Shown here: positions 9,404-19,464 of the stretch, one piece after another | Layout: each line of letters starts with the position of its first letter | Position numbering within the stretch: position 1 is the stretch's first letter | NCBI GenBank assembly: GCA_014728035.1 | Contig: WJMJ01000079.1 | Span: forward strand, 32,001-96,000 | Direction: 5' to 3' | DNA length: 64,000 nucleotides | Source: Promethearchaeota archaeon | Lineage (GTDB): Archaea > Asgardarchaeota > Thorarchaeia > Thorarchaeales > Thorarchaeaceae | Notes under the pieces: model-generated | Seen by the model: the letters and a program-made list of their open reading frames with translations, nothing else | What the model was told of the DNA's origin: nothing | Database searches by the model: none | Made by a program: the position numbers and the translations under genes

Positions 9404-10564
9404 GTGAATCATTTGTCGAAATCAAAGAAGAACTCAAAACTTTGGCGAATCTATTCCATGTTTTTGAAGGAGCTCAGATTGATTTCCAATGACAAATTCG
9501 CTCTATTACTGGTATTTGTTTTACCTGCCATGATTATGGGCACCATGTATGTTGCTATCAATCAGAATCAGGCTTTTGCTCCTGTTGATGATAGTGGCAA
9601 ATCTGAAGATGCACTCACTTTGGGATTAGTTGATAGAGACCCTACAGATACTTTTCCTGGAGAAGATCTATCTCAAAATTTCACTTGGTATTTACAAAAC
9701 AGTCCAAATTTCATAGTCATATTATATGAAGATGAAGCGGCTGCTCGTGACGCATTATATCGGGATGAAGTTAATGCATACGCTGTTATTCCCTATGGCT
9801 TTGAGGGAAACATCACTGGTGACATTCCTGCATTTGTGGATGTTCATATCAGCAGTACTGATTTCGAAAGCCAAGCTGATGTATTCTCTTTCTTTAGTGA
9901 AGTTGTTCAGGACTTTCGCTATGATCATGGTTGGATAAAAGGAGAAATTGCTACTGAACGAGTCAGAGAATTTGAACCAACTGGTAATTATACTGCCGCA
10001 ACTTTTGGTGTTTTTATGCTGGTTTTTGCAGTTTTCATTGCAACTTCTGCAACTGCGGCACAAGCTATTGTTGGTGATATTCCACTAAATAGAATGCTAC
10101 TTACACCTGCAACAAAAATGGAGGCAATACTTGCAAAAACAGCTGCATATTTTATCGTGGGTGTAATACAGACACAGTTTCTTCTGATATTATGGATGGG
10201 ATTGTTTCAAATTGTGCCAAATACTGATTATTTGACTTTGAATGCAATACTTGGCCTGATGTCCCTTTCAGGGTCCGCTCTTGGTGTAGTAATATCTACA
10301 CTAGTAACTACGCGCTTACAAGCAAATCAATCTTTTCTCTTTCTATTATTTGCTTCAGTGATATTTGGGACTGGTTTTGTACCCGTTGGAATTGTAGATG
10401 AAGTTTTTCCACTCAATCTGGGAAGAGTAATGATTATTGATTGTGCTTTCAAAGGAATACTCCTATCAAACTTCATGAGTGAGATTGGCATTATTTTGGT
10501 TTTCTCTCTTTGTCTCATTCTCGTTGCTTGGATTATATTTTCACGACGGCAAAGTCTCGCCTAA
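9404..10564 (+). CDS. ABC-2 type transporter permease
   Basis: N-terminal KELR + TM, extracellular domain, C-terminal TMs, RMLLTP motif. Confidence 0.85.
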   Translation: MNHLSKSKKNSKLWRIYSMFLKELRLISNDKFALLLVFVLPAMIMGTMYVAINQNQAFAPVDDSGKSEDALTLGLVDRDPTDTFPGEDLSQNFTWYLQNSPNFIVILYEDEAAARDALYRDEVNAYAVIPYGFEGNITGDIPAFVDVHISSTDFESQADVFSFFSEVVQDFRYDHGWIKGEIATERVREFEPTGNYTAATFGVFMLVFAVFIATSATAAQAIVGDIPLNRMLLTPATKMEAILAKTAAYFIVGVIQTQFLLILWMGLFQIVPNTDYLTLNAILGLMSLSGSALGVVISTLVTTRLQANQSFLFLLFASVIFGTGFVPVGIVDEVFPLNLGRVMIIDCAFKGILLSNFMSEIGIILVFSLCLILVAWIIFSRRQSLA

Positions 10565-10638
10565 TTCTTAATTCATGTGTAATAGTCTTAAGGTATGGAT
10601 GTATAGTACTAAACACTTCATTAAAGGAATTGAATTCA

Positions 10639-10842
10639 TTGAGTGTTGTAAAAGTAATTGAACTAATCGGAGAGAGTCCCACGAGCTGGGAAGAAGCCAC
10701 AAAGAATGCACTAGCTGTTGCAAACAAGACCATAAGAAACATTGTTGGTATTGATGTTGATCACTTCACAGCAAAGGTCAAAGAAGGCAAAATTACTGCT
10801 TTCCGTGCGAATGTTAGAGTGGCTTTCAAATACGAAGAATAA
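10639..10842 (+). CDS. dodecin (flavin-binding)
   Basis: SVVKVIELIGESPTSWEEA...A.KTIRNI...FR.N.RVAF; TTG start at 10639. Confidence 0.92.
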   Translation: MSVVKVIELIGESPTSWEEATKNALAVANKTIRNIVGIDVDHFTAKVKEGKITAFRANVRVAFKYEE

Positions 10843-10852
10843 TATCGTTATT

Positions 10853-10883
10853 GGAGTATCCAATGATACTCCCTCATTTTTTT
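10853..10883 (+). terminator. hairpin + T-tract after dodecin
   Basis: GGAGTATC-caat-GATACTCC followed by T7. Confidence 0.6.
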
Positions 10884-10935
10884 GGATATAGAATTATTAG
10901 TGGTGCCTTAATAGCACGCTGAAATATGATATTAC

Positions 10936-11493
10936 ATGAGGGACCGATATCCATCTATGTTTACAGGTGCTACATCCGAAAATGGCGAACGTCCATATTC
11001 AGATATCGATAGCACAAATCTTTGGAAGATTGCATCTGACTCTTCTATATTGCTTATACTACGTGAGAATCCCCTATTGGAATTGGCTATAAGAGCAGAT
11101 TCAAAGATATTACTTGTCTGTGATACACTCCTAGAATCGGGAGAATTAGATGAATGGTATCTTGCAATTCAACTATTATGTACTTTGGGTACAAAAAATG
11201 CGGTTCAAAGATTACTTGTGTTATATGAGATATCTGATGCAACTGACAAAGAACTAATCGTTCGAATGCTATCTAGAATAATCATTCGAAGGCGAGCAAA
11301 ACGGTTTAGAAAAACCTTGAAGTCTCTCTCTTTTACTGAACCAATGGATTCTGTCGACTGGAGAAAGATAGCTATCAGAATGCTAACAGAAGTCTGTTCT
11401 GTGTTTGGAACTTCTCCGTTGATGATTCCCCTGGATTCTCCTAAAACGGAAGAAGATAATATGTATTCCAGAAAACCAGTCCGAAATTATTAA
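10936..11493 (+). CDS. hypothetical protein (possible HEAT-like helical repeat)
   Basis: 185-aa ORF; AIQLLCTLGTKNAVQRL resembles a HEAT/PBS repeat. Confidence 0.55.
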   Translation: MRDRYPSMFTGATSENGERPYSDIDSTNLWKIASDSSILLILRENPLLELAIRADSKILLVCDTLLESGELDEWYLAIQLLCTLGTKNAVQRLLVLYEISDATDKELIVRMLSRIIIRRRAKRFRKTLKSLSFTEPMDSVDWRKIAIRMLTEVCSVFGTSPLMIPLDSPKTEEDNMYSRKPVRNY

Positions 11494-12280
11494 TTCCATG
11501 TGCAATTATTGGACTTACTAATGAATAATTCCTCCATTGTGCTAGTAATCCAAGGATAACTCCAAGAAGGAATCGAGTTGGAACCCCGAGGATATCCAGA
11601 TGTAAAACTGCAAAAATCAATGAAGTAACTACTACTGCCCAATCTTTGTATTTTTCTTTTGATGAGCTAAAGTATATTTCAAACCTTCTTTGTAGAAAAC
11701 CTCTGAATAGTATCTCTTCAGTGACTCCTATTACAAAGATCATACACACTGCCCAACCTACTAATTCAAGGGGATCATGCGCAATTAGCATCTGGTCTTG
11801 ATAGAGGGGTTCCCCAGTGGTTTCAACAGTAATGAGTGTTAGAATAATACTTAGAGCCAGCATCCCAATTCCTGCAATAATTCCAATTCCAATTTCTATT
11901 GCAGGTTTTTTTGCCTTGATTCCAATTGCTCCAAGATGTAATCCTTTATTTTTCACATATCTAATAGGAATTATAATGAAACCAAACTGGCCAATACTGA
12001 TGAAAATAAACGCCCAAGGCTCAAAGATAATGGATAAACTCGATGAAATCGTTATTAGACCCGTTACTATGGCTATCAAGGTTGTTACTGCAGTTACCGC
12101 CATTCCCAGAGCAAAAGCTGCCCCTGTTTTCAGTAATATCTTGAACATTCTATCCCAATCGATGTCACGTTCCAACCACGTACCTGGTTCAAAGATCCCT
12201 ATGCTTGAATCAGCTTCTTCCATTTCCAAACGGTCGGGATCATCCATTACCATTTTGAGGTACCTCTTATCGTCCTTCAC
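11441..12280 (-). CDS. CPBP (Abi/CAAX) intramembrane glutamic protease
   Basis: EEILFRG, FAVLH, AHGINN. Confidence 0.92.
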   Translation of the reverse strand: MKDDKRYLKMVMDDPDRLEMEEADSSIGIFEPGTWLERDIDWDRMFKILLKTGAAFALGMAVTAVTTLIAIVTGLITISSSLSIIFEPWAFIFISIGQFGFIIIPIRYVKNKGLHLGAIGIKAKKPAIEIGIGIIAGIGMLALSIILTLITVETTGEPLYQDQMLIAHDPLELVGWAVCMIFVIGVTEEILFRGFLQRRFEIYFSSSKEKYKDWAVVVTSLIFAVLHLDILGVPTRFLLGVILGLLAQWRNYSLVSPIIAHGINNFGLVFWNTYYLLPF

Positions 12281-12418
12281 TAAGTCTAAGATAAGCCTTT
12301 AGTTCTAAGTTGTTAATTTGCTGCATTAGTAGAATCTAAAACAATATTTGCGAATAATATCTAAGATGTATCTATACTAAATTCAGGTGAAATCCATTTG
12401 GAAAATTTTGATGCTCCA

Positions 12419-14395
12419 ATGAATCCTAGACGTGGGACAGCTATTCTAATTGCTACAATAATCGTAGTATCTGGAATTGCAGCAATCGTGATTGTTCCAC
12501 GTGGATTGAAAATAGTCGGTTCTTCTGTTCGAATAGCTGTAATTGATTCTGGAATTAATGATATCTCAAATCTTGGGATGGCTATGGTAGCCGAGAAAAG
12601 TTTCATAAATGAATCCTATGGATATTCGTCAACTGATCCAACTACTGAAGATAGCAATCCTGATAGTATACAACATGGGACCATCATTGCAAAAATTCTA
12701 ACAGAAAATGCGGAAAATGTTGCCATAGTAAATGCAAAAGTTGTCACTTCTCGGAATCTTGCAACTGTGGCAGGTATAGTCAATGCAATAGAATGGTCGG
12801 TAGAGGAGGCTGATTGTGAAATAATTAATCTAAGCCTAGGAAGTGCAATTGTATCATCTGATTCTTTTCGTGAGATAATAAGATGGGCATTTCGGAAGGG
12901 TGTTGTTATTGTAGCAGCAGCTGGCAATAACGGGCGTGGAGGGATTGTAGGTACATCAATTGAATCACCATCTCTCTATCCTGAAGTAATTTGTGTAGGT
13001 GCAGTTGATGAAGAGGGAGATTTATACGAGTTCTCTGCTAGAGGTCCGCTTAGTGATCGTACAATAAAACCAGATATTTGTGCAGTTGGAGTGTATAACA
13101 GTAATGATGGTATCGTTTTTGGTACGAGCTTTGCTACACCACGTGTGACTGCAGCTGCAGCAGAAATCATTAGATATTGTAAAATAAACGAGCTGAAATG
13201 GACTCCTGGAATGGTAAAAGCTGTACTTATGCAAGGGGCAAAGCAATCGCATTATGAACCTTGGGAAACTGGAGCTGGCTTGGTTGATTTAGAGTATTCA
13301 CTACGATTTGTTGAAAGTGTTTCCAAAATGGATGGATTGCCCATGATTGCTTATGCAACCCCCAGACTCAATCCATTTGAGTTCGAGAGGTGGTATGTTA
13401 ATACCACTATTTATCTTACTATATCCCTTTTTTGTTCAGGATACGGTGAATTTGGTATAGAATATGCTGGTTCTGCAAAGGACTATATTATAGGACCATC
13501 GGAAATTGCTATAAATCAATCAGGCACTGTTGAAATCCAGCTTTATGTGAACTCCACTAAGAAACTACTCAACCTTCAAGGAGTAGTTTACTTCTCAGAA
13601 GATAATTATCGGAATGTTTGGTCACAGTTTCAATTTGATGCATATGTTCAACGGGCATCTGTTGCTTTTGATTTCACCCATACCTCTTGGAAAATGGATT
13701 CGATTTATGGTCAATTTAGAAATCTCTATACTGCATTGTCTATCCTGAATATTTCGGTAGAATCTATTCAAAATCGAGGTGATATTACAATTAGTAATCT
13801 TCAACGATTTGATGGAGTCATTGTATTTAATCCGTGTTCTTGGTCTATATCCGGAATTGGTAATTCTCTTTCATTAAATGAATCAATCCAATTCACTGAA
13901 AACGAAATTGCAACATATTTTAATTATTGGAACAATAGTGGAAATCTAATGATTCTAGGACTCTCTCCAGAGTATTCAGATATTCAATCAGCAAATTTAC
14001 TCTTGAATTCTTTTGACTATTCATTCATTAACATTTCAATTCCACTAGTCACCACATTTCTTAATGGTGTTCCTTCAACCTATTTGGTTGATTCATTAAG
14101 TCCACATCCCATTATGGATGGTATAAATTCCTTTGACTTTAATGGCTGCCCATTAGAAGTTCCATCACAGGCAGATGTTCTTGCTACTGCTGAGGTGATT
14201 ACTTCAACAGATAATGGAACCATAACTGAACAAATGAATCTCATTTCAACTTACAATACATCTGTATCTGGTAGAATTGTCGTATCAGGTAGCAATTTCT
14301 TCATGGATAACTATGCACTTGAGGGATTTTATCAGTCAAATCAAAATATCCAATTAGCATATCAGTCTATTTACTGGTTGTTAGGAATCATCTAA
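12419..14395 (+). CDS. membrane-anchored S8 subtilase, site-1 protease (SKI-1/MBTPS1)-like architecture
   Basis: N-terminal TM; triad VIDSG, HGT, GTSFATP; oxyanion AAGN; C-terminal GATase-like domain. Confidence 0.85.
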   Translation: MNPRRGTAILIATIIVVSGIAAIVIVPRGLKIVGSSVRIAVIDSGINDISNLGMAMVAEKSFINESYGYSSTDPTTEDSNPDSIQHGTIIAKILTENAENVAIVNAKVVTSRNLATVAGIVNAIEWSVEEADCEIINLSLGSAIVSSDSFREIIRWAFRKGVVIVAAAGNNGRGGIVGTSIESPSLYPEVICVGAVDEEGDLYEFSARGPLSDRTIKPDICAVGVYNSNDGIVFGTSFATPRVTAAAAEIIRYCKINELKWTPGMVKAVLMQGAKQSHYEPWETGAGLVDLEYSLRFVESVSKMDGLPMIAYATPRLNPFEFERWYVNTTIYLTISLFCSGYGEFGIEYAGSAKDYIIGPSEIAINQSGTVEIQLYVNSTKKLLNLQGVVYFSEDNYRNVWSQFQFDAYVQRASVAFDFTHTSWKMDSIYGQFRNLYTALSILNISVESIQNRGDITISNLQRFDGVIVFNPCSWSISGIGNSLSLNESIQFTENEIATYFNYWNNSGNLMILGLSPEYSDIQSANLLLNSFDYSFINISIPLVTTFLNGVPSTYLVDSLSPHPIMDGINSFDFNGCPLEVPSQADVLATAEVITSTDNGTITEQMNLISTYNTSVSGRIVVSGSNFFMDNYALEGFYQSNQNIQLAYQSIYWLLGII

Positions 14396-14775
14396 AGAAT
14401 GGGTGCAATATTCTCACAGGCAGCTTTCGCTGCATATACAAGAAGACCTGATTTCAATCCTTTATTAGCTGCTAGTACAAGAATAGCTTTTTCTCCTGCA
14501 CTCTTCATAATCATTTGACCTTGCTGATTGGTGAGTAGAATTTCTTCTAGCATGCCTTGATCCATTCTTTCTGCAGCCAAATCCGCGACTCCAAGGATTG
14601 ATGCTGCCATAGCTGCGATTTCCGCCTCCTCAAGACCTTGTGGTACCGCTGAGGCGATTGGAAGACCCTCCTTTGAAAGAAGCATCCATGCTCTTATGCC
14701 CGTTGCAAGTGACGTGGCCTCTTCCATAATCTGCCTTAGCTTTTCTTGTAACTGTTCAAAGTTCGGGTCAAACAT
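14392..14775 (-). CDS. roadblock/LC7 (MglB/LAMTOR2-like) protein
   Basis: LLSKEGLPIAS, IAAMAAS, G.LEEILL, GLL. Confidence 0.92.
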   Translation of the reverse strand: MFDPNFEQLQEKLRQIMEEATSLATGIRAWMLLSKEGLPIASAVPQGLEEAEIAAMAASILGVADLAAERMDQGMLEEILLTNQQGQMIMKSAGEKAILVLAANKGLKSGLLVYAAKAACENIAPIL

Positions 14776-14868
14776 AATAGCCACTCTCATTACGGCAGTT
14801 ATCTATCCTTCTTGTGATATTCCACATTAATAAACTTTGATTAGTTGAAGTCACCTGTGATTAAGTCA

Positions 14869-16059
14869 TTATTTTACTTTTCTTGCAAACCTTCTTCCGT
14901 AGTTTCGAGCTTCCTCTAATTCTTCTTCGGTTGGGACCCACTTTACAGTGAATGGCTCTTCGACAATATCCATCTTCCCTTTCTTCATACTTTCTTGAAT
15001 CTTTTCAACTGCTCCACCTGCCCATCCATAAGACCCAAAGGCTGCAGCTTTTTTGTCGACTGGTTTCAAGGCTTCAAAGTCGGACAGCAATGGTGCCACC
15101 GTTGGAAGAATTTCATTGTGTAAAGTAGAACTTCCAACTAGAATTCCTTTTGCTTCTAGTAAATCTGCCATTATGTCTCCTCGATCACTATGTGGTATCA
15201 ATCGTAGAAGCGGTTCTAATCCTTCATCATCAATTCCCTCAGCTATTGCTAAAGCAATTTTTGTTGTGCTTTCCCACATAGTATCCCAAGCAATTATGAT
15301 TTTATCTTCCATGAGTTCTCCTTTTGCCCATCCTAGGTACTTCTGGACTATCTCAAGAGGGTTCTTTCGCCAGATGACACCATGAGAAGGTGCAATGATT
15401 TTTATCGGAAGTTTCATTTCTAAGACCTCTTCAATTTTCTTTTTGACCATTCTACTCAATGGCCAGAGTATATTTGCATAGTACTTTTCTGCCTCACGCC
15501 ACAAAGTTGTCTGGTCTACTTCATCAGCAAATCTTTTTGCTGTTGCGAGATGTTGACCAAATGCATCATTTGGCAGAAGAACTTGTTCTTCGACATAATA
15601 GGTGAACATTGTTTCCGGCCAATGTAACATGGGAGCTTCAAAGAATTTCAATGTCTTTTGACCTAAATCAAGCTCATCACCAGTTTCCACTGTGTGGATA
15701 TTCCATCCATCAGGATAATGCTTCTTTAATGGCCCAACTGCTTTTTCTGTACAGACTAATGTGGCATTAGGCACCATTTCTAATACTTCTGGTATTGATC
15801 CCGAATGGTCCATTTCAGTGTGATTAGAAACAACATAGTCTATTTTTTCCGGATTGATTACAGATTTTATTCTTCTAAACATCTCATTACTAAATGGTCC
15901 AAAAACAGCATCAATCAATGCAATTTTCTCATCCACCAATAAGTATGCGTTGTACGTTGTACCGTGATGCACTGTATAACTGAACCCATGAAAATGTCTA
16001 ACATTGTAATCAACTGCTCCGACCCAGTATAGGTCTTTTACTATCTGTTTTGATTTCAT
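14869..16059 (-). CDS. fprA: flavodiiron protein (FprA, O2/NO reductase)
   Basis: GTTYNAY, NHTEMDHSG, LHWPE, DAFGQH, PSHG, flavodoxin domain with FGSYGW. Confidence 0.95.
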   Translation of the reverse strand: MKSKQIVKDLYWVGAVDYNVRHFHGFSYTVHHGTTYNAYLLVDEKIALIDAVFGPFSNEMFRRIKSVINPEKIDYVVSNHTEMDHSGSIPEVLEMVPNATLVCTEKAVGPLKKHYPDGWNIHTVETGDELDLGQKTLKFFEAPMLHWPETMFTYYVEEQVLLPNDAFGQHLATAKRFADEVDQTTLWREAEKYYANILWPLSRMVKKKIEEVLEMKLPIKIIAPSHGVIWRKNPLEIVQKYLGWAKGELMEDKIIIAWDTMWESTTKIALAIAEGIDDEGLEPLLRLIPHSDRGDIMADLLEAKGILVGSSTLHNEILPTVAPLLSDFEALKPVDKKAAAFGSYGWAGGAVEKIQESMKKGKMDIVEEPFTVKWVPTEEELEEARNYGRRFARKVK

Positions 16060-16190
16060 TGTGATCATGTACCACATACAATTAACTATATTTAACTGGG
16101 TTGGTTTCCAATTGGGAAGTATCTAATGTTTTATAGGAATTATCAAGTAGGTTTGGTGTTGGATATTATAGATATACGGATACGATCGAT

Positions 16191-16799
16191 TTGAAAAAAA
16201 CAGTAGATTTGCAAGTAGAATCCAAAGAAGAGATAATACAATGGAAAAAAGGCGTTCGGGTGTTAGGTATTTCTGAGAGCTTCTCAAAGGAACAAGAGAA
16301 AAGCACCGTTGTAGGTGTAATTATGAGAGGTGATAGAAGAGTTGATGGTTTTGGGTTCTGTAGACCTGAAGTTGGTGGTATGGATGTATCGAAAAATCTT
16401 CTTAAGATGTATTCAAAGTTAGAAAGAGATGATATCCGAGCATGGATTCTTGGCGGTACTGCTATATCTTGGTTCAATATTGTGGATATCGTTTCATTGT
16501 ACGAAGAGAGTGGGATACCAGTCGTAGCAGTTTCTTATAACCCCTCTGATGGAATTGACCAGTACATTAAACAATATTTTCCTAAAGATTGGAAAGAGAG
16601 ATTAGAAGTCTTTCATAGGGGTCCTGAGAGAGAGGCTATTAATCTTCGTCATGGATATCGTGTCTTCATTCGATACATTGGCTTTTCTAAAATGAGTGCA
16701 GTAAATCTCATTAACGCGTTTACAATAGATGGTAGAATTCCTGAACCAGTGAGAATGGCTCGATTAATCGCTAGCGCTATTCAACGAGATTTATTATGA
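16191..16799 (+). CDS. DUF99 family (endonuclease V-like/endonuclease dU)
   Basis: RVLGISES, GVIMRGD, WFNIVD, GIPVV, RIPEPVRMARLIA. Confidence 0.88.
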   Translation: MKKTVDLQVESKEEIIQWKKGVRVLGISESFSKEQEKSTVVGVIMRGDRRVDGFGFCRPEVGGMDVSKNLLKMYSKLERDDIRAWILGGTAISWFNIVDIVSLYEESGIPVVAVSYNPSDGIDQYIKQYFPKDWKERLEVFHRGPEREAINLRHGYRVFIRYIGFSKMSAVNLINAFTIDGRIPEPVRMARLIASAIQRDLL

Positions 16800-17453
16800 T
16801 TTATTGGCAATACAATATTTCTGATATAGCTTTTTCAATTCTATCCCGATTTCAGCAATAATATTGTAAGATTCATATTCCTCAATGAAATCGTCAATGT
16901 TTTCAAGAAAAGAATGAACTCGTTCAGTAGGAACTCCTGCTCTTACTATTGTTAATGCATGGACATACATATCAATCCTATCAGCTGCTTTCACAACGTG
17001 GGATTCCGTTGTTTCTTGTTTTAGAAACTCATGAAACAAAGAGATTGTACAACTTGTATTTTCTTTTCCAAAGAGTTCTTCTAGAGCTTTCTTTTCCGCT
17101 TCATGTTTCAACTCCAAAAACTTGCTATCAAACTCAGTTGCTTTCTTTGGAATGTCAGATATAATTGATTCACCGATATCATGGATAACCGCCATAGTGA
17201 CAGCTTTTTCTAAATCTATCATTCTTTTCTCTCTGATTAATGCTTCTGCAATTAGCAATGAGAGAACTGCTGTTCCAGTAGTGTGATCTGCAATTGACTC
17301 TCTGAAAGAGTCAGGTATTCCTGCCATAACCCAACCTGTTCTTTTCAAGTGCTTTAGTCTTTCAAAAGAAAAAACTGCTTGGATTATTTCAGAAGCAATC
17401 AAAAAATCACCAAAAAGAGATGGGAAAGGGAGGATGTTCCTCCCTATATCCAA
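16794..17453 (-). CDS. HD-domain 5'-deoxynucleotidase-like hydrolase
   Basis: LKHLKRTGW, ESIADH, HDIGE..ISDIP, ADRID. Confidence 0.9.
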   Translation of the reverse strand: MDIGRNILPFPSLFGDFLIASEIIQAVFSFERLKHLKRTGWVMAGIPDSFRESIADHTTGTAVLSLLIAEALIREKRMIDLEKAVTMAVIHDIGESIISDIPKKATEFDSKFLELKHEAEKKALEELFGKENTSCTISLFHEFLKQETTESHVVKAADRIDMYVHALTIVRAGVPTERVHSFLENIDDFIEEYESYNIIAEIGIELKKLYQKYCIANKS

Positions 17454-17462
17454 AAACTCGTG

Positions 17463-18647
17463 CTACAAGTAAGCTGGCCATGTTTCATTTGCCAAATAGT
17501 ACTCATTGTAATACTTGACAGCTGCTATTGTATAATTGCTGATATACGTTGAGCTGTACTCGAAGCCAGTGATATTGACCCATCCTCCTTGAAGGCCAGT
17601 TACGTTTGATTGGATACCAGAGAATCTATTCCATAGTGTTTCATAAAGAATGTTGTATGTTGCTCTGTCAGTACGTGCAACTACACTTGTTGCAACCCAA
17701 CTGGGGTCAACTGGAATATCTGGATTAGCTGTTCCATAGTAATTCAAATCGTATTCTGCAGCAACTATGATTGGTCTCCTCTGAAGGTGATTAACATTTG
17801 GATCCAAGTACCAAGTTTGATTTACAGCTTCAAGACCAGCACGGATTCCTCTCATACTAGATCTAACAGGTGTAAATACAACTGTTGCATTATCTTCAAT
17901 AAAGAAATCATAAATCATGTCTTCTGCTGTATCATCATCATAGAAGGAATCAATATATCTGGTTGGAATGAGCGTGATGTTCAAATTATATGTTTCATTC
18001 GCTTCAATAACTCCTTCGATGAATCCATTAACAAGTTGTGTAATTTTTTCATTATCATTTACTGCAGCTAGTACTCCAACTGATTCGTTTCCAGCTCGTT
18101 CTGATGCTAAGAATGCAGCAATGATACCACCAAGATATGCTCCTTCGTTCATTAGAAAGTCTGCACTTACAATGTTATCACCGGAAACTTGTCCATTGAT
18201 TATTGCAAAATACTGGTTAGGATGTCTTTCCGCGACAGTTTCTAGTGCAGATTCAAAGAAGTTTCCTACAACTAGAATAAGCAGAAACCTTCCACTTGAT
18301 GCAAGGTTATCGAGAGTATCTTCAGCATCATCTAATGTGGTATTGAATGGTTCGTATGTTACTGAAACGTCAAATGACAGATTTTCTAATCCTTCTTGTA
18401 CTTGATTCGCCATACTTAGGTCGTTTAATCCCGGCTCCATTGTTACAATGGCAACACGAGATGGTTCATATGGATTGGCGATGAATAAAGTGGCGCCAAC
18501 TCCTGCAAATACTATTACGACGATCACTAAGGATGTCACGAGAGTCGATTTCGAGCTCACTATGCTTCCTCCAGGGTCAATAAATCCGAAGCCTATTACC
18601 ACAGATTTAAACTTGTTGCTCCGCGAAAAATTGGTTTCAATTGACAA
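17463..18647 (-). CDS. BMP/PnrA-family substrate-binding protein, N-terminally anchored
   Basis: GLNDLSMAN, A..HPNQYFAII, EGAYLGGIIAA, GFIEG; true start probably ~18560. Confidence 0.82.
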   Translation of the reverse strand: MSIETNFSRSNKFKSVVIGFGFIDPGGSIVSSKSTLVTSLVIVVIVFAGVGATLFIANPYEPSRVAIVTMEPGLNDLSMANQVQEGLENLSFDVSVTYEPFNTTLDDAEDTLDNLASSGRFLLILVVGNFFESALETVAERHPNQYFAIINGQVSGDNIVSADFLMNEGAYLGGIIAAFLASERAGNESVGVLAAVNDNEKITQLVNGFIEGVIEANETYNLNITLIPTRYIDSFYDDDTAEDMIYDFFIEDNATVVFTPVRSSMRGIRAGLEAVNQTWYLDPNVNHLQRRPIIVAAEYDLNYYGTANPDIPVDPSWVATSVVARTDRATYNILYETLWNRFSGIQSNVTGLQGGWVNITGFEYSSTYISNYTIAAVKYYNEYYLANETWPAYL

Positions 18648-18747
18648 AAGATATAGGTAGTGGGTTGGTTTCTAACATATTATGGTGTAGATATGTTCTT
18701 ATATACGCCATTGGTAATGAGAGAAAATAACAACTGAGTTGGTATAT

Positions 18748-19464
18748 ATGGCAGAGGAAACTCTTAGCGAGGTAGCAGCATTACTTGAAGAAGCCTTAGC
18801 AGTTCATCATTCAGTTGAACACGTTGTTCTTAGCACTAAGGAGGGTGTGGTAGTTGCCGCTGTTTCGCGAAAAGAGAATGCTGACCCAAATGTTATAGCT
18901 ACTGTTACTGCCGCTCTGGTATGGGGTGGAAGTACTACTCTTGTCCAACTTGGTCAAGTGAAACCTTTCTATATTTCTCATGTTACAACTAATCAGGAAA
19001 TCATTACATTTGTTCAACCTAACTATAACCTTGCTGTTGTTTTACTTCATGATAAATCGTTTACTCTAAAAGCTCATATCTCCGAATTTCAATCTTTAGC
19101 AACACGAATTGAATTGCTAATGCAATCTGCAGTAATTTTTGGAGAACAGACAATTCTTGGTAGAATTGTAGAACAAGTTCCAGATATTACTCAAGCTATG
19201 CTACTCACTCAGGAAGGACTGCCACTTGGTTCTGTTGGATTCGATGAAGATATTGAAGTTGCGGCTCTTGTCAGTTCTGTTTTCGCAAACGGTCTAACAT
19301 TTTCTCCTGACACATCTAACATCACGGTTCATACAACAAATATGACCTTACTAATTGCAAGACTCGATGAAACAAGATTGGTATGTATTCTTTGTAGGGG
19401 TCAGAATCCTGATGAGATATGTACTAACGTTTTGAGTGTTATTAGAGACTACAGTGAATATTAG
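18748..19464 (+). CDS. tandem roadblock/LC7 domain protein
   Basis: Two repeats: VVLSTKEGVVVA...IATVTAAL and MLLTQEGLPLGS...VAALVSSV. Confidence 0.8.
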   Translation: MAEETLSEVAALLEEALAVHHSVEHVVLSTKEGVVVAAVSRKENADPNVIATVTAALVWGGSTTLVQLGQVKPFYISHVTTNQEIITFVQPNYNLAVVLLHDKSFTLKAHISEFQSLATRIELLMQSAVIFGEQTILGRIVEQVPDITQAMLLTQEGLPLGSVGFDEDIEVAALVSSVFANGLTFSPDTSNITVHTTNMTLLIARLDETRLVCILCRGQNPDEICTNVLSVIRDYSEY

